A stretch of DNA of 62,864 nucleotides, counting the filler. It is 14 parts of 14 records of this genome, joined end to end, with 100 filler letters (N's around TTAATTAATTAA, not from the genome) between each part and the next. Parts side by side here need not be neighbours in the genome. Positions count along the whole stretch, not along the records: positions 32,830 to 37,654 come from SRR7504441_8347; positions 37,755 to 41,006 come from SRR7504441_8348; positions 41,107 to 44,149 come from SRR7504441_8350; positions 44,250 to 47,913 come from SRR7504441_8352; 10 more parts are not named here. One strand, 5' to 3'. The notes under the pieces are model-generated. The model had not been told where the DNA came from, ran no database searches, and was given only the letters and a program-made list of their open reading frames with translations. This document shows positions 36,347-48,013 of this stretch, piece after piece (within the stretch, counting starts at the first letter, position 1; each line of letters starts with the position of its first letter). The position numbers and the translations under genes are program-made.

Positions 36347-37654
36347 TTATAATCTAACGGAGCTAGCTCTATACCCAGGCGGTGGGCTATTCGGATTTGA
36401 GACCGGGCTCACCGAGTACCGGTGATACTCTTGCCCAAATCGATCGGTGCGCGAAAAAGGCCCGGTAGCTGCTAACGTGGCATCGCTCCCTACACTCCCG
36501 ACACTCCCTTGCAACTGCAACTGCGCGGGGCTCGCTACAGAGCGCGTTCCGCTTGCTGGCGAGGCGTGATGCCTTAGTCTGTCTAGCTGCTCGCAGGCCT
36601 GCGCATACTTGTGTCGCAGCGCCTCGTTCTCCTTCTTATCAGCACTCCACCCAGTGATCAGCTCCTTGATCCTCTTCTTGGCCTCCTTAATCCACGCTCG
36701 TGACCCAAACAGCTCCCCCTCCAGCTGCCCCATTGGGCTCTCCCCCGTCAGCGCCACACTCGCGCCCGCCAGCTGCATCTCGTGCAACATCTGCGCCTGC
36801 CTCACCTCAGGGCAAGGGCTGCTATAAAAAGGTTCCGGTATTTCTCCTTTAGCCACCCTCAGATGCGCAGTCGCCACCGCCGCCGCCCTCTCCTCGCGCA
36901 GCTCCCGGCGCAGCTCACGCTCGGCCCGTTCGGCCCTCCTCAGCTTCTCCTCGGCCCTGCCTCGGGCCAATTGCTCCTCCTCGAGCGCCCCAGCCAGCTC
37001 TGAGAGCTGAGACGACACCTCGCTCGCATTAACTGGCGTTAACCCGGCCGGCCCCGCCCGCTCGCCCCCGACCCGCTCGACCCTGTGCGCCCAGTCGGCT
37101 AGCATGTTCCCGCGCCAGGTGGCAGTAAGCCTTCCGAGCTCGCCGCTGACCAACGAGGCGAGCACAACTCTGAGCGATCGCATCCCTGCAGCGCGGAGCA
37201 TATCGGTGTTCTTCTGTGCGTCCCACCCAATCTCAATCAGCTGGTGCTGGGCCGACCCCCGCTCCTGCTCGGCCTGCGTCAGCTGCCGTTGGGTCTTCTC
37301 TAGCTCCTTTTTGAGCCGTTCGCTATGGCGCTCGTGGTCGCTTTTGCCGTGCGGCGCCTCGCCTGCAGCCCGGCCGCACCAGCACAGCTCTATGAACCGA
37401 GTCACGTCTTTGTCCACGCTCCAGAGCGGGAGCGCCACCTCGTTCATGAAGGCGGTGAGCTCTATCTTGCGCTCGCTCAGTACGCCGTCGGTGGTGAACA
37501 GTGCCTTGCCGGGGAAGTTCTCCACTTTAATGTTGTGGGCGGACTCCAGCTTCTCGCGCAGCATACCGAACTCGTTGTAACGTCGGGCCACCTGCCACTC
37601 CCGCCAGCGCTGCTCGCCGGTCTGCTCATCGATCGTCTCGAGCTGCCTGAGCTG
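36347..37654 (-). CDS. PX-domain + coiled-coil protein, 5'-truncated
   Basis: WQVARRYNEFGMLREKL..FPGKALF..LSERKIELTAFM is a PX signature. Confidence 0.85.
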   Translation of the reverse strand, partial: QLRQLETIDEQTGEQRWREWQVARRYNEFGMLREKLESAHNIKVENFPGKALFTTDGVLSERKIELTAFMNEVALPLWSVDKDVTRFIELCWCGRAAGEAPHGKSDHERHSERLKKELEKTQRQLTQAEQERGSAQHQLIEIGWDAQKNTDMLRAAGMRSLRVVLASLVSGELGRLTATWRGNMLADWAHRVERVGGERAGPAGLTPVNASEVSSQLSELAGALEEEQLARGRAEEKLRRAERAERELRRELREERAAAVATAHLRVAKGEIPEPFYSSPCPEVRQAQMLHEMQLAGASVALTGESPMGQLEGELFGSRAWIKEAKKRIKELITGWSADKKENEALRHKYAQACEQLDRLRHHASPASGTRSVASPAQLQLQGSVGSVGSDATLAATGPFSRTDRFGQEYHRYSVSPVSNPNSPPPGYRASSVRL

Positions 37655-37826
37655 NNNNNNNNNNNNNNNNNNNNNNNNNNNNNNNNNNNNNNNNNNNNTT
37701 AATTAATTAANNNNNNNNNNNNNNNNNNNNNNNNNNNNNNNNNNNNNNNNNNNNCGCAACCCCATGCACCAAGCAGTCTGCATACCCTACCCTACCGGTA
37801 CTATAAATCCCAGTTTGATTCGGTCC

Positions 37827-40800
37827 ATGCGGGCAGAACTGGCGTCGCTCCAGGCCGAGCTCGACGGGCTGGGCGGCGGGGACACCCGGATGGCCCAGAT
37901 TAGCGTCGTGGCCAAAGTGTCAGATGCGCTGCCGGCTGCCGGCGGCGGGATCGTCCGAGTGCAGGGCGAGCGCGAGCTGGTGCTCGAGGACCCGCGGCCA
38001 GGCAAGCGGAGCCAGCGGCGCAAGTACACCGTGGCGCACGCGCTGCCCGGCTCGCCGTCGGCCTGGGAGACGTCGTGTGGGCTAATGCTGACGGTGGGGG
38101 AGCCGTGCCTGGATTGGCTGATGGAAGGGTTCAACTGCGCGGTGCTCGGGTACGGCCAGGTGGGCACCGGCAAGTCGCACATGCTGTTCGAGGCCTCCGA
38201 TGGGGGGCTGACCGCTGGGCTGATCCGCAAGCTATTTGGTCGGATCCAAGCTAGCCCGGAGCCGTCGGCGTACACGGTGGCCGTCTCGTGCTGGGACCTG
38301 TGGAACAATAAGGTGGTTGACCTGTTCGGCGGGGTGCCAAACTCAAACCCAAACACATTCGCCGCAGTCCAGGCCAGCTCCAGCGGGCAGGCCCTGGCGC
38401 TGATTGACCGGGCGCGCGCAAGCAGCACCAACTGGAGCCAGGCCGGCGGCGGGTTGCGGCTAGAGCCCAGCTGTGAGCCCCTGGTTGCCGGCCAGAGCTG
38501 TGAGCCAGGACAGGCGCGCATTCGTTTGTGAGGCTCGCGCTGCACAACGCGCGGGAGAGTACGGTGGCCACGCTCCACCTGGTGATGAGCTGCGCTCGAG
38601 TGGCGGCCTGAGTGGAGCCGGCAGGTGGACCTGATAGGCGTGGCAACCGTGAATGGGAGCACCCCGACAGTAGCTCGACAGGTGCGCCTGTTCGTCGCGT
38701 GATCTGACCGAAGATAGGACCGGCTGGTGGTCAATCAGCAGCTGCTCTCGCTCGGGCGGCTGCTCCGGGAGCTGGCCGAGCACAAACTGGCCAGAGCTGA
38801 CCAGGCATCATCCACACTCGGCCGGAATGACCAGGTGGGCTTCAGGCCATCTCCGCCAAATCGTCCAAGCTGACACAAATTCTGTCACCCCTGATCGGAG
38901 GTAATTGCAAGTCTACGATCGTGGCAGCACTCTCGCCCAAGGCTGAGCATTTCCTGGATACGGTCAACACGCTGCGGCTGATGAGCAAGGTGTGGCGCCC
39001 GAATGGCCTGGTCTGATCGGCTGGTGCCAGCTTGGAGGGATCAAATGTCCGTGTGTTCGGCTAAACCAGCTCTCAAAGCAAGATCTGAACTTACTGAGTG
39101 CCCAAGATGTATTACAAGAACTCAGCACCTCTTTGTATGCTGAGACACCGGAGAAATCACCAGATCCAGCCTCCCCCATGTCATCGATTGAAGACGTGGC
39201 TCCTGTTCGAGACAGACTTTCTGTACTTGCCGAACTGAGTAAGATCACCATCGAGTCGGAGCCTGCCCATTCTCAGGTCCTCTGCTCGGGATGGCTCAGT
39301 AGAGTGACGACGACTTGCAGGTGGATGAACAATCAAGAAGGGTAGCCCATCTGATTGTGTTGCAAGCGGATCGCCATTCACCCAATCAAAGACTTTCTGT
39401 CGATCACATGCCCGTCGTTCTCAAAGGTACGCCATACCAAGGCTTTGCGGAGTGGCTGATTGACTCAAATGCAAGCTCGAGCCAGGACCTAGGCCGCGAA
39501 TTATCGATTACAGAGTTAGAGAAAGCCGTGGCCGATTATCTGGCCGGACAAGGGAACATGTCTAGGGCGACTGGTGCTGATCCATCTAAGTTGCGGACAC
39601 AGATTAGACAAGACCTGGATACAATACTTGATGGGCAGAGTATCGGTCGCGGTAAAGATATCAGCCCAGAGCAGCCCGAATCACCGCTGGCTGACGAGAA
39701 CCACGATGCACCTCAAGCTTCAGTTGAAGTAGCCTCTAACAAATTAAGCCCTGGAGGTCAGGCACGATCAAGCGCCGATCGAAAGCAGGCCTCCCGCACA
39801 GCATTTGATGCATTGGACATGAACACTGATGGTGTGATTGACCGACAAGAGTTTGCCCAGCAGCAAATGCGAGCCAAGGGCAAGGGGGCAGACGAGCTGC
39901 CATCAGAGCTGCATCCAGTCTCTCGGGCTGAAATATCCGCTCTGAAAGGAAACTACGAGACTTTGCTGTCGTTACTCAAACGGCAAGAGGAGGACAGGCT
40001 AAGACAAGCTGAAGAGACTGAAGCGCTAAGGCTGAGTTACGATGAACATACGACCGAGATGGAGATCTCTGTTCAGACATTGCAAGTGGACAATCTGAAG
40101 ATGCGCGACACAATCCGACAAATGTTATCTCAAGACAAATCTTTTGAAATCGCATTTCAGCTCTATGAAACAGATATTGCTCGTCTAGAGAGCCAAATCC
40201 ACGAGATGCAAGCTGCAGATGGTCTCAAGCCCAATGTCGTGAGGGAGATACAGAACCTGCGAGCCGAGAATCAGGAACTGCACAAGAGCAAACGACAGGC
40301 AGCAGTGCAAAGGCGCTGCTTTGAGGAAGCCGGTAAGAAGGCCAACAAGCTCGGAGCCGAGCTGAAGCGCGAGCGAGCTCAGCACCACAAGTCGGGAGCT
40401 GCTCTCGATAAAGCCCATGAGCAGTTGGCCGGACTCGAGACCGAATGTGCCGCACTCCGAGAGCAGAACTTCGAATTGAGCAGCAGTGCCGAGGCCCTGA
40501 GACGCCATGTGATGAATCTAAAGGAGGCGGCTCGCACCAGTAAGAACCACGTGAAGAAGGAACTGTTCGGCTCCAAGTTCACCTCAGTTGGTGGTCGAGC
40601 TGCAACCCCGAAGGGAGTTCAACTACATAGAACCTGTCTGGAGATATTCAATCAGCTCGAAGTTCAGCTTCACTCATCGGATCCGAAATGCATTGGGCTA
40701 ATGAACAGGCTCAAGCGAGAGCTGACCAAGTTGGAAAACGAGCGGCAGGAGAAGAGCTACCGGGAGCAAGAATTGGTGGACCTACTCATGAAAGCCCAAG

Positions 40801-40835
40801 AAAGAATCAATAGCTTTCAGACATCGATGCGATGA
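37827..40835 (+). CDS. Divergent kinesin-like protein (motor domain, EF-hand, long coiled coil)
   Basis: EGFNCAVLGYGQVGTGKSH P-loop, TLHLVDLIG, INQQLLSLG, SKLTQILSPLIGGNCKS. EF-hand DMNTDGVIDRQEF. Confidence 0.88.
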
Positions 40836-41106
40836 CCTATAGTTGCATGCAATGTGAGCAAACTTTCTACAAACTTTCTATGATTGTGCATAATGTTATA
40901 GTGTCACTTTTTCAGTTGCATTAATTATTGTACTCTAATTACAAGTACTCATAATTGTATCATAAAATGAATTGTACTCATGATTTTTATTTTATTTTTA
41001 TGTACGNNNNNNNNNNNNNNNNNNNNNNNNNNNNNNNNNNNNNNNNNNNNTTAATTAATTAANNNNNNNNNNNNNNNNNNNNNNNNNNNNNNNNNNNNNN
41101 NNNNNN

Positions 41107-41177
41107 CTAGGGTTAGGGTTAGGGTTAGGGTTACGGGTTGCTGAGGCTTTCGCCAAGCCCTAACCCTAATAACCCTG
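41107..41177. repeat. Short telomere-type repeats: (TTAGGG)x4 followed about 20 nt later by degenerate CCCTAA units
   Basis: ctagggttagggttagggttagggttacggg at the contig start and ccctaaccctaataaccctg at 41158-41177. Confidence 0.85.
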
Positions 41178-41242
41178 ATTGGCCTGATTATAACAGTTGC
41201 GTGGCACCCGCGGCGGCGCACAGGGAGTCGGCGGCCCTGGCC

Positions 41243-43213
41243 ATGGCATCTGGCGGTGGCTGGTTTGCAGGAGAGCCGCCTCCACCTGAGCTCAGCACCG
41301 AGGTCGCCCGGCGGCCGGCCTCACGCTGACGGGGCGCAGCAGGTGCGGGAGGCCCAACAGCGGATCCGCGAGAAGGCACAGCGCAAAAAGCCCAGCGGCG
41401 GCTGGTTTGCGCCCCCAGTCTCGCCCAAACGGACGCAGCTCACTGACAAGCAGCGGGCGAGGGCGCTGGAGCTCTTCCGGGTGGTGGATCTTGACTCGGA
41501 CGGCCTGGTCTCGCAGTCGGAGCTCGAGCGGACCTGCACCGGGCCGGAGCTGGCCGACCTCAAGATGGCCCTCGCCGGATTTTACGAGGCCCTGGCCGCG
41601 GGCGAGCCGATCGGCCCGGAGGCGTGGGTCGAGCACTGGCGGCGAATGAAGGTCGAGCTCGGGGAGGCCGGGTTCGCGCGCTGGCTCAAGCTGGTGAGCG
41701 GGGGGGCGGCCGAAGCGGACCGGCAAGGGTGGTTCAGGAGCCGCCCAGCGTCAGACACTGGCTCGCTGCCGACTCCGACCCGCAGGGCAGCGGGGCACGA
41801 GAATGAAGGCGGCGGGGTGTTTATGGAGAGTCCGCCTGGCCGCGCTGAAGGGCAGCAGGAGCCGGCCAATGTGGAGCGGTGGAAGCCGGTGCTCGACTCA
41901 ATGCAGCAGCCAGAGCAGGAGGTGGTGAGATACGCAACCCAGCGTGACCAGAGCAAGATCCTGGCCGATTTAAAGAGCAGCGGGTTCCTCACCGGTCTCG
42001 AGAACAGACGCGGTGCGCAGTGCGCCGACCCCAGTCCTCAGCAGCTCAGCAGCGTGGACAGCGACAGTGCCGAACAAATGAGGAGTGTGCAGAGTGGTCA
42101 AGGGTTCAGGCATTGGCTCGATCATCATTCGCCGGAAGACGGACAGTACAGCTGTGGTTGTGCCCGCCGGAGCCGGAGGAGCCTGCGGATCGACAGTGGG
42201 GGCCTGGTGTCGCCACTGCCAGCAAATGAGATCCAGTACAGCTTATACGACTTGGCCGAGCAGGAGATAGAGTTCCAGGAGAAGCTCTACGGGGCGAAGC
42301 TGCCCCGACCGAAAAAGAAGACTGACATCACCAAGGTCCTTTGTTGACTAGTGCATGGTTTTGTCTTACTGAGTTGAATGCTGATCAGGTGTTTGGTACT
42401 CCGGAGGCCGAGGCGTTCAATAAGCAGCAGATGGGCGAGAGCTGCGAGTCAGGTGCTCACCGTAATCCGACGTTTGAATTCTTGGAGGAGACCGTAGCAG
42501 AGCTCTCCATAGATTCCCAGCCATCCCCTGCAGCTCTGCGAGCAGCAGCCAATAACCAGAAGCTCCAGAAGGAGAAGATTTCGCATCATCTCACGGCGCT
42601 AGCCGTTAAACTCCGAGACGCTGCCTCGTGTGGTGATGCGACGCACTGTCGGGTGCTACTAGAAGCAGGCTGCCAACCGGATGGCCCGGATAGCAATGGC
42701 CGAACAGCGCTCTGGTTTGCTACTAAAGGTCAAAGGGAGCACGTCATCAAGCTTCTGTTGGAAGCTCGAGCGAATCCGCGGTTGCAAGATAACGCAGGCC
42801 AGAGCTCAATTGCGGTTGCTGTTGGAGCTAGTAGGCCTGATATTGCGAAAGTGCTGCAAGCATCGCAGGCAAGCTGGCCGGCAAGTACACAGGAGCAACG
42901 CAGTTCTCCTAGGCTGACGCCAAATGGATTTCAAATCCCAAGGCTCTCACCACTTGATATGATGGCCCAAGCCGTGACTGGAAATTTGTTGAGTAGAGGA
43001 ACAGAGCGCAATATTGCCGAGCAGGCTTATATGCAACAATGGAGCCGTGCACAAATGTCCGCAGAAGAGCGGGAGCATTTACAACGTGCTGGCGCAATCC
43101 GAGCTCCCATCTCTGCCGAAGCTAGTGAGCACTTTCAAGGCGATGTCTTGTATGAGCAGTTGTCGGATCAACAACTGAAGAGCTTAGAGACCTTGAGAGC
43201 TTCGTATCATTGA
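41243..43213 (+). CDS. EF-hand + ankyrin-repeat protein
   Basis: EF-hand DLDSDGLVSQSEL. Ankyrin repeats GRTALWFA..VIKLLLEARANPRLQDNAGQS. Three G-W-F motifs in the N-terminal part. Confidence 0.8.
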
Positions 43214-43618
43214 GTTCCTAAAAGAATGAAAATAAGATAAAAACGCGATTCATCATTCATACATGATTGTATCCTGAGTGCCATAACAATGTCATAGCTA
43301 TGACAATCATAGTCATGACAATCATAGCCATGACATCGCCATGCCCTGCACATTTGTCCATGTAAGTAGGCTGTCTTTGACCTAGATCTCTAACCTCGAC
43401 TACATAATTATAAGCTCAAAGCTGCAGTCGTGCAGTCTAGTGCAGTCTTTGTCTCTCTGCCAAACATGCATCGATCGTGCTGCACACCCTCCAGCCGGCC
43501 AGCTAGCTGCCTGCGCGTGTCACGAACTTGATTCCTGTTTTCCTCTTTCGTCGTGCTAGGGTCTCCGCATCTGGCGCGGGATGGGGGCCACCGGGCCAGA
43601 CGGCGCGCGTAGAAGCTA

Positions 43619-44149
43619 ATGATACCGCCCGGTGTGAGAGGCCGGGCGTGGCGTGCCTCGTGGACGCTGGTGTTGACGCTTGCCACCAGCCTAGCTCCGG
43701 CCGTCGCGGACTCCAACCCGCCTTCCTACAGCCAGGCCCGGGCACTAGCTGGGGAAAACCTTGCGAGCCAAGTTCACAGCATGGCTCCACGCCCAAAGGC
43801 CTCGCCTACAGCGAGGAAGAACCTGGAGCCCCTGACATATCGACGTTCCAGTACTAGTACTAGCAACACTACTGACACAAATGCCACTAGCACGAATGCC
43901 ACTAGCACTGGCACTTGCGTCCTCGGCGACTGCTGTCCCGAGCAATACTCATGTGCTGGAGGAATACTGTCTCTTTGCCCCGCAGGAACCTACTCGGCGT
44001 TTAATCAAACATCATGCTTCAGTTGCCCTGCAGGATTCCACTGCCCAAATCGCACGCTCCCCGTCCCCTGCCTCCACGGTACTTACTCTGGGAATGGCAG
44101 CAGCATCTGCTCCGAGTGTCCAGCAGGCAAATCGTGTGCAGATCCAGCA
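43619..44149 (+). CDS. Secreted/surface Cys-rich repeat protein (GCC2/GCC3, ephrin-receptor-like repeats), 3'-truncated
   Basis: Signal-like N-terminus, Thr-rich N-glycosylation stretch, repeats CPAGTYS..CPAGFHC..CLHGTYS..CPAGKSC. Confidence 0.85.
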
Positions 44150-44416
44150 NNNNNNNNNNNNNNNNNNNNNNNNNNNNNNNNNNNNNNNNNNNNTTAATTA
44201 ATTAANNNNNNNNNNNNNNNNNNNNNNNNNNNNNNNNNNNNNNNNNNNNAGCTGGGGAGGCTGCAGCCCCTAAATAAAAGTACTGAAAAATACCGACGAG
44301 AAGCGCTTCACGAGATTAATTAGAGATTAATCAACCCTAGATCTTAGAAGCGGTGGCCAATAAAAATTTCTAATTCTGTAGCGCGTCGATCATGATTGTG
44401 CCAGAGTGCACGACTA

Positions 44417-47400
44417 TTAGAAGTGCTCCTCGTGATAAATGAAGTTGATTGTGTCGTCGCTCATCATGTCGGCACACTTACTCAATTGTTCGCCAATAAC
44501 CGGTGGCCCACAGAAGAAAACGCCCACCCGTTGCTCATTGCGGCCCTTGTGCTTCTCCTTCAGGTCCACAAACACCTATTTTGACCCAGGGACTCAGCAT
44601 GCAGCGAGAATTAAGCAACGAGTTCACCTGGTTCCAGTTGGGTCTCCCAAAGTGGACAGGAATTTTGCTCTTTAGCCCTGTCAGCGTGTCCGTGCCTTCC
44701 TTGGCGATTGCAGCTCGCTGGGCCATCCTAACTGCCATTCCTGTGAGGTCCTTGCGTACGCCCGTCAGATGCTGGTGAATCTCAATCATTCCGCGATGGT
44801 CGTCCTCGTGGATTTGCTCTAGGGTAGACGAAAACCACTGCGTGCTCTTCTGATCGCGGGTGACAAAGTGAAAATAGACCTTTTGGAGTGATACCCCTGC
44901 ACCAAGTGTGATCGACGTGAGCCTTGAGCTGGCTCGCACCTTGGAGGTTGACATGGCCGCAGCCGGACCGCTCACACCGCCGAGCATCGAACAGGTGGCA
45001 CAGGTCACGCAGGATTGAAGCGAATGGCGTGATACCAATACCAGCTCCGACCAGCATCAGCACCTGCCACAATCCGGTGTCACTCCTATCTTGTGTAAGT
45101 TCGGGGGAACCCACGTCAAATTTCTCATAGTCTTGAGCAGGGGCACCGAATGGCCCAACTAGCCGTATCGGTGGCCATAACGCCTGATTGATCGGCAACC
45201 GGCCACTCTCCTCATCGCTCTCCTGAGTGCCAAAGGGCTGATTCTTCTTCTCAGCCTCGCCAAAGATTTTGACGAGCTCGTTCGTCCAGTCGCCGGCCGC
45301 CTTGATGTGCATCTCGACAAAATCGTCCCCAGGCGCAGAAGTGAGGGTGAAAGGATGCCACTCAAAAGACGAGAGCACCGGGCAGCAGATGAATCCGTAC
45401 ATCCCGGCTCTGGTGCCGGTGAGCCAGCTCTCTGGTTTCGACATTTGCAGCTGGAGCACTTTGCCTGGCTTGACTTTGGTGGCTGGCAAGACCGAGACTG
45501 GACTTGTATCGGCAAGATACCTTTCACGGAGGATTCGCTCTACCAGATAGAAGCAAAGAGGGAAAGCTGCGCCCAGTCTGTTCAGTCGCAAGGCATACTA
45601 GACGGCGCACCCAACCATTGCCAGGTGTCGCCATGCGGATCGTCTGCAACCAATCACTCAGTAAAGAGCGATCTACACAGCCTACCCCAGCTCTTGACAG
45701 GTGAAGCTCCGACTGTGCGGTCGCAGTTCCACTTCCAGCACCAGGCCGGGAGCGGATGCAGGATCATCAGAATAAAGCAGGCAAACACCGTGTGATGCAC
45801 AGACCAGAACAGAGTGAAATCGTTGAGGGCCTGAGCCACAGAAGTGTTGGCCCAGCACTTGAGACGCCGAGGAATCTCCAGTGAAGTCAGAAAGACGGCG
45901 GTGAACCCAATGAGCATCAAGATACCCGTCACGCCCACCAGACAGCTGTAATAGTCGCCTCTCGTGTCTAGCGGGGTTCCATCCTTGTACTCGTAAGCTG
46001 CGAGCCAGAGCGTGTAATTAGCAGGGTCGACTGAGTACTCAATATTCACAATGTGGCAGACGGCGTGGGTCCACATCGCGCACCCGAACACCACGGCACA
46101 GATCTTGTGGACTGCAATCGCGTCATCGCACGGAAGAATATAACGGCCTACGAAGGTGTCACGGAGGAAAGTCACCAGAGTTCGGCACATGCAGAGCATC
46201 AATATCACCGCGTTCACCTTTATCAGTTCGGCGGAGCCCTTGGCGATTGGAAGCGTGTAGCTCATGAGCTCATACTTGGGCCCGCTGTCGTAGGTAAGAA
46301 ACTTTCGCATGAATTCGAAAACGTTCCAGGCTGTGATCTGCCCAACCGCTCAGGCCTAGGCTTACTGTGGAGCTACAATCAATCCCGCGTAGATCCGCCT
46401 CTGGTTGTTGATGCAAAAGCGCCACAGCCTGCGCATGCAGTCGACGTGCGCGTCGGTTGATCTCGCCGATTTGCGCTGAATTCCTTGAATGTCAAGCATC
46501 TCAGCCTGCGGCCTTCCTATCACCGGACACGAACTCTACCAGACTCCTCACCAGATCATCGTTCTCTTCCACGATCGTCACAAACTCGACCAGCGTGATC
46601 GCCTGCCTGTCGAGGTCGCTGCTCCCGGCAGACGACCGGCTGGGCAGGGCAGTCATCTCCAGCCTCAGCTCGGCTATCGATCGGAAGATCAGATCCACTG
46701 CACTCTCCAGCTCTTCTTCGGTCAAGCTCAGTTTGCTCTGCATGAGCGAGCAGCGCAGGAACGACACCAACTCGCTCCGGTCTACCTCGCCGTCGCCGTT
46801 GTAATCGAACACCTGCCCCCTCCGGTCGCTCGGACCACCCGGGGCGGTCACATGGAAAGCCAGGCATGCCCGCTCGCGGACGTCGCCACAGATAAGTTGG
46901 CTCATCATGTTGTCGAACTGCGCCCACCTCGGCCGCCAGCCACCCCGGGCGCACCTCGGATAGCTCGATCACCCCGTCAGAGAACGGCTGGTCGATCTGG
47001 CCAACGCTCAACCGCGGCCGCACGCTCGCACTACCGCCCGAAACAGGTGAGCGGTGAGGGTGGTGTCCGTCAGGCCGAGCGCCTTTGCAAACTGCTCCTG
47101 GGTCATCCGGCCGTCCTCGCCGACGTGCTTTGCGAACAGCTTGTGCAGCTGCTGACTCGCTGCCTTCTCCTCCGGACTCGGTGCGCAGCGCTTTCCGCGG
47201 ACCGTCAGATTAGCTCGGAGCACCTCCAGCGCCTCCACCCGCTCAGCCAGCCGGTCGGCAAACGTGTCGGTGTCTGGCTCGTCGACGGATCGATTCGCTC
47301 CGTACCATCCGCCGCCGTCTGTTCCGTCCGAGAGTCCCGACACAGGGCCGATCGTACACACCGGCTCGGCGGGCCGCGACACGGCTGGCTCGCTGAGCGA

Positions 47401-47499
47401 GTGCATCGGGTTCGGCCGTACAGAGTCAGCGCGCTGACGAGCCGGGGCCGCGTCCTCGCCAGCCGCCAGGAGAGGCGTGTCTTCCCCGGCGTGTGACAT
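44417..47499 (-). CDS. EF-hand NADPH oxidase (NOX5/RBOH type), about 10 introns
   Basis: N-terminal EF-hands, heme histidines (VHK..HAVCH, FWSVHH..ILH), EWHPFTLTSAP, GPFGAP, GAGIGITPFASIL, HFGRPNW, GVFFCGP and terminal HEEHF*. Confidence 0.95.
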
Positions 47500-47546
47500 G
47501 ATGAGATGCAACAAGTCCGGAGATTCATATTCATATTTTTGTTACA

Positions 47547-47913
47547 ATGAGGCAGGCTGCTCGGACACCGGTCGTCGTGCTGCTTCTCCTCACCCTCGCG
47601 TTGGCGTCCGGGCCCGGGAAGCCGGATCCGGTGCCCGAGTTGGTCCAAGTCGGGGAGCGCGAAGTGGACGGCTGGCTGGTGCTCGGGATGATCGGAGCGG
47701 CGCTGGTGGCGGTGCCGGCAGGGGCGGCTCTGCTCGTGGCCGCGGTTTGGGTCGCGGTGGTATGGCGGCGGGAGTACGACGCGGCGGGCGCCTTGACCTC
47801 CGGGGGCTGGGTTCAGGCAGTGCTCGGGCACCCGTCGGAGTCCGCTGATCAGATCAAGTCCGGTCAGGATTGAGGCTTCGGGCGGGTCGCGAGGCGGTTG
47901 ATCGACTGCCTGA
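47547..47913 (+). CDS. Signal peptide + transmembrane protein, divergent from the NOX gene, probably 3'-truncated
   Basis: MRQAARTPVVVLLLLTLALA signal and a hydrophobic stretch WLVLGMIGAALVAVPAGAALLVAAVWVAVVW. Possible further introns near the contig end. Confidence 0.6.
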
Positions 47914-48013
47914 NNNNNNNNNNNNNNNNNNNNNNNNNNNNNNNNNNNNNNNNNNNNTTAATTAATTAANNNNNNNNNNNNNNNNNNNNNNNNNNNNNNN
48001 NNNNNNNNNNNNN

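Noticed and set aside
41107-41137. True chromosome end
   Set aside because: The G-rich strand is in the wrong orientation for a left telomere and there are only about four units.
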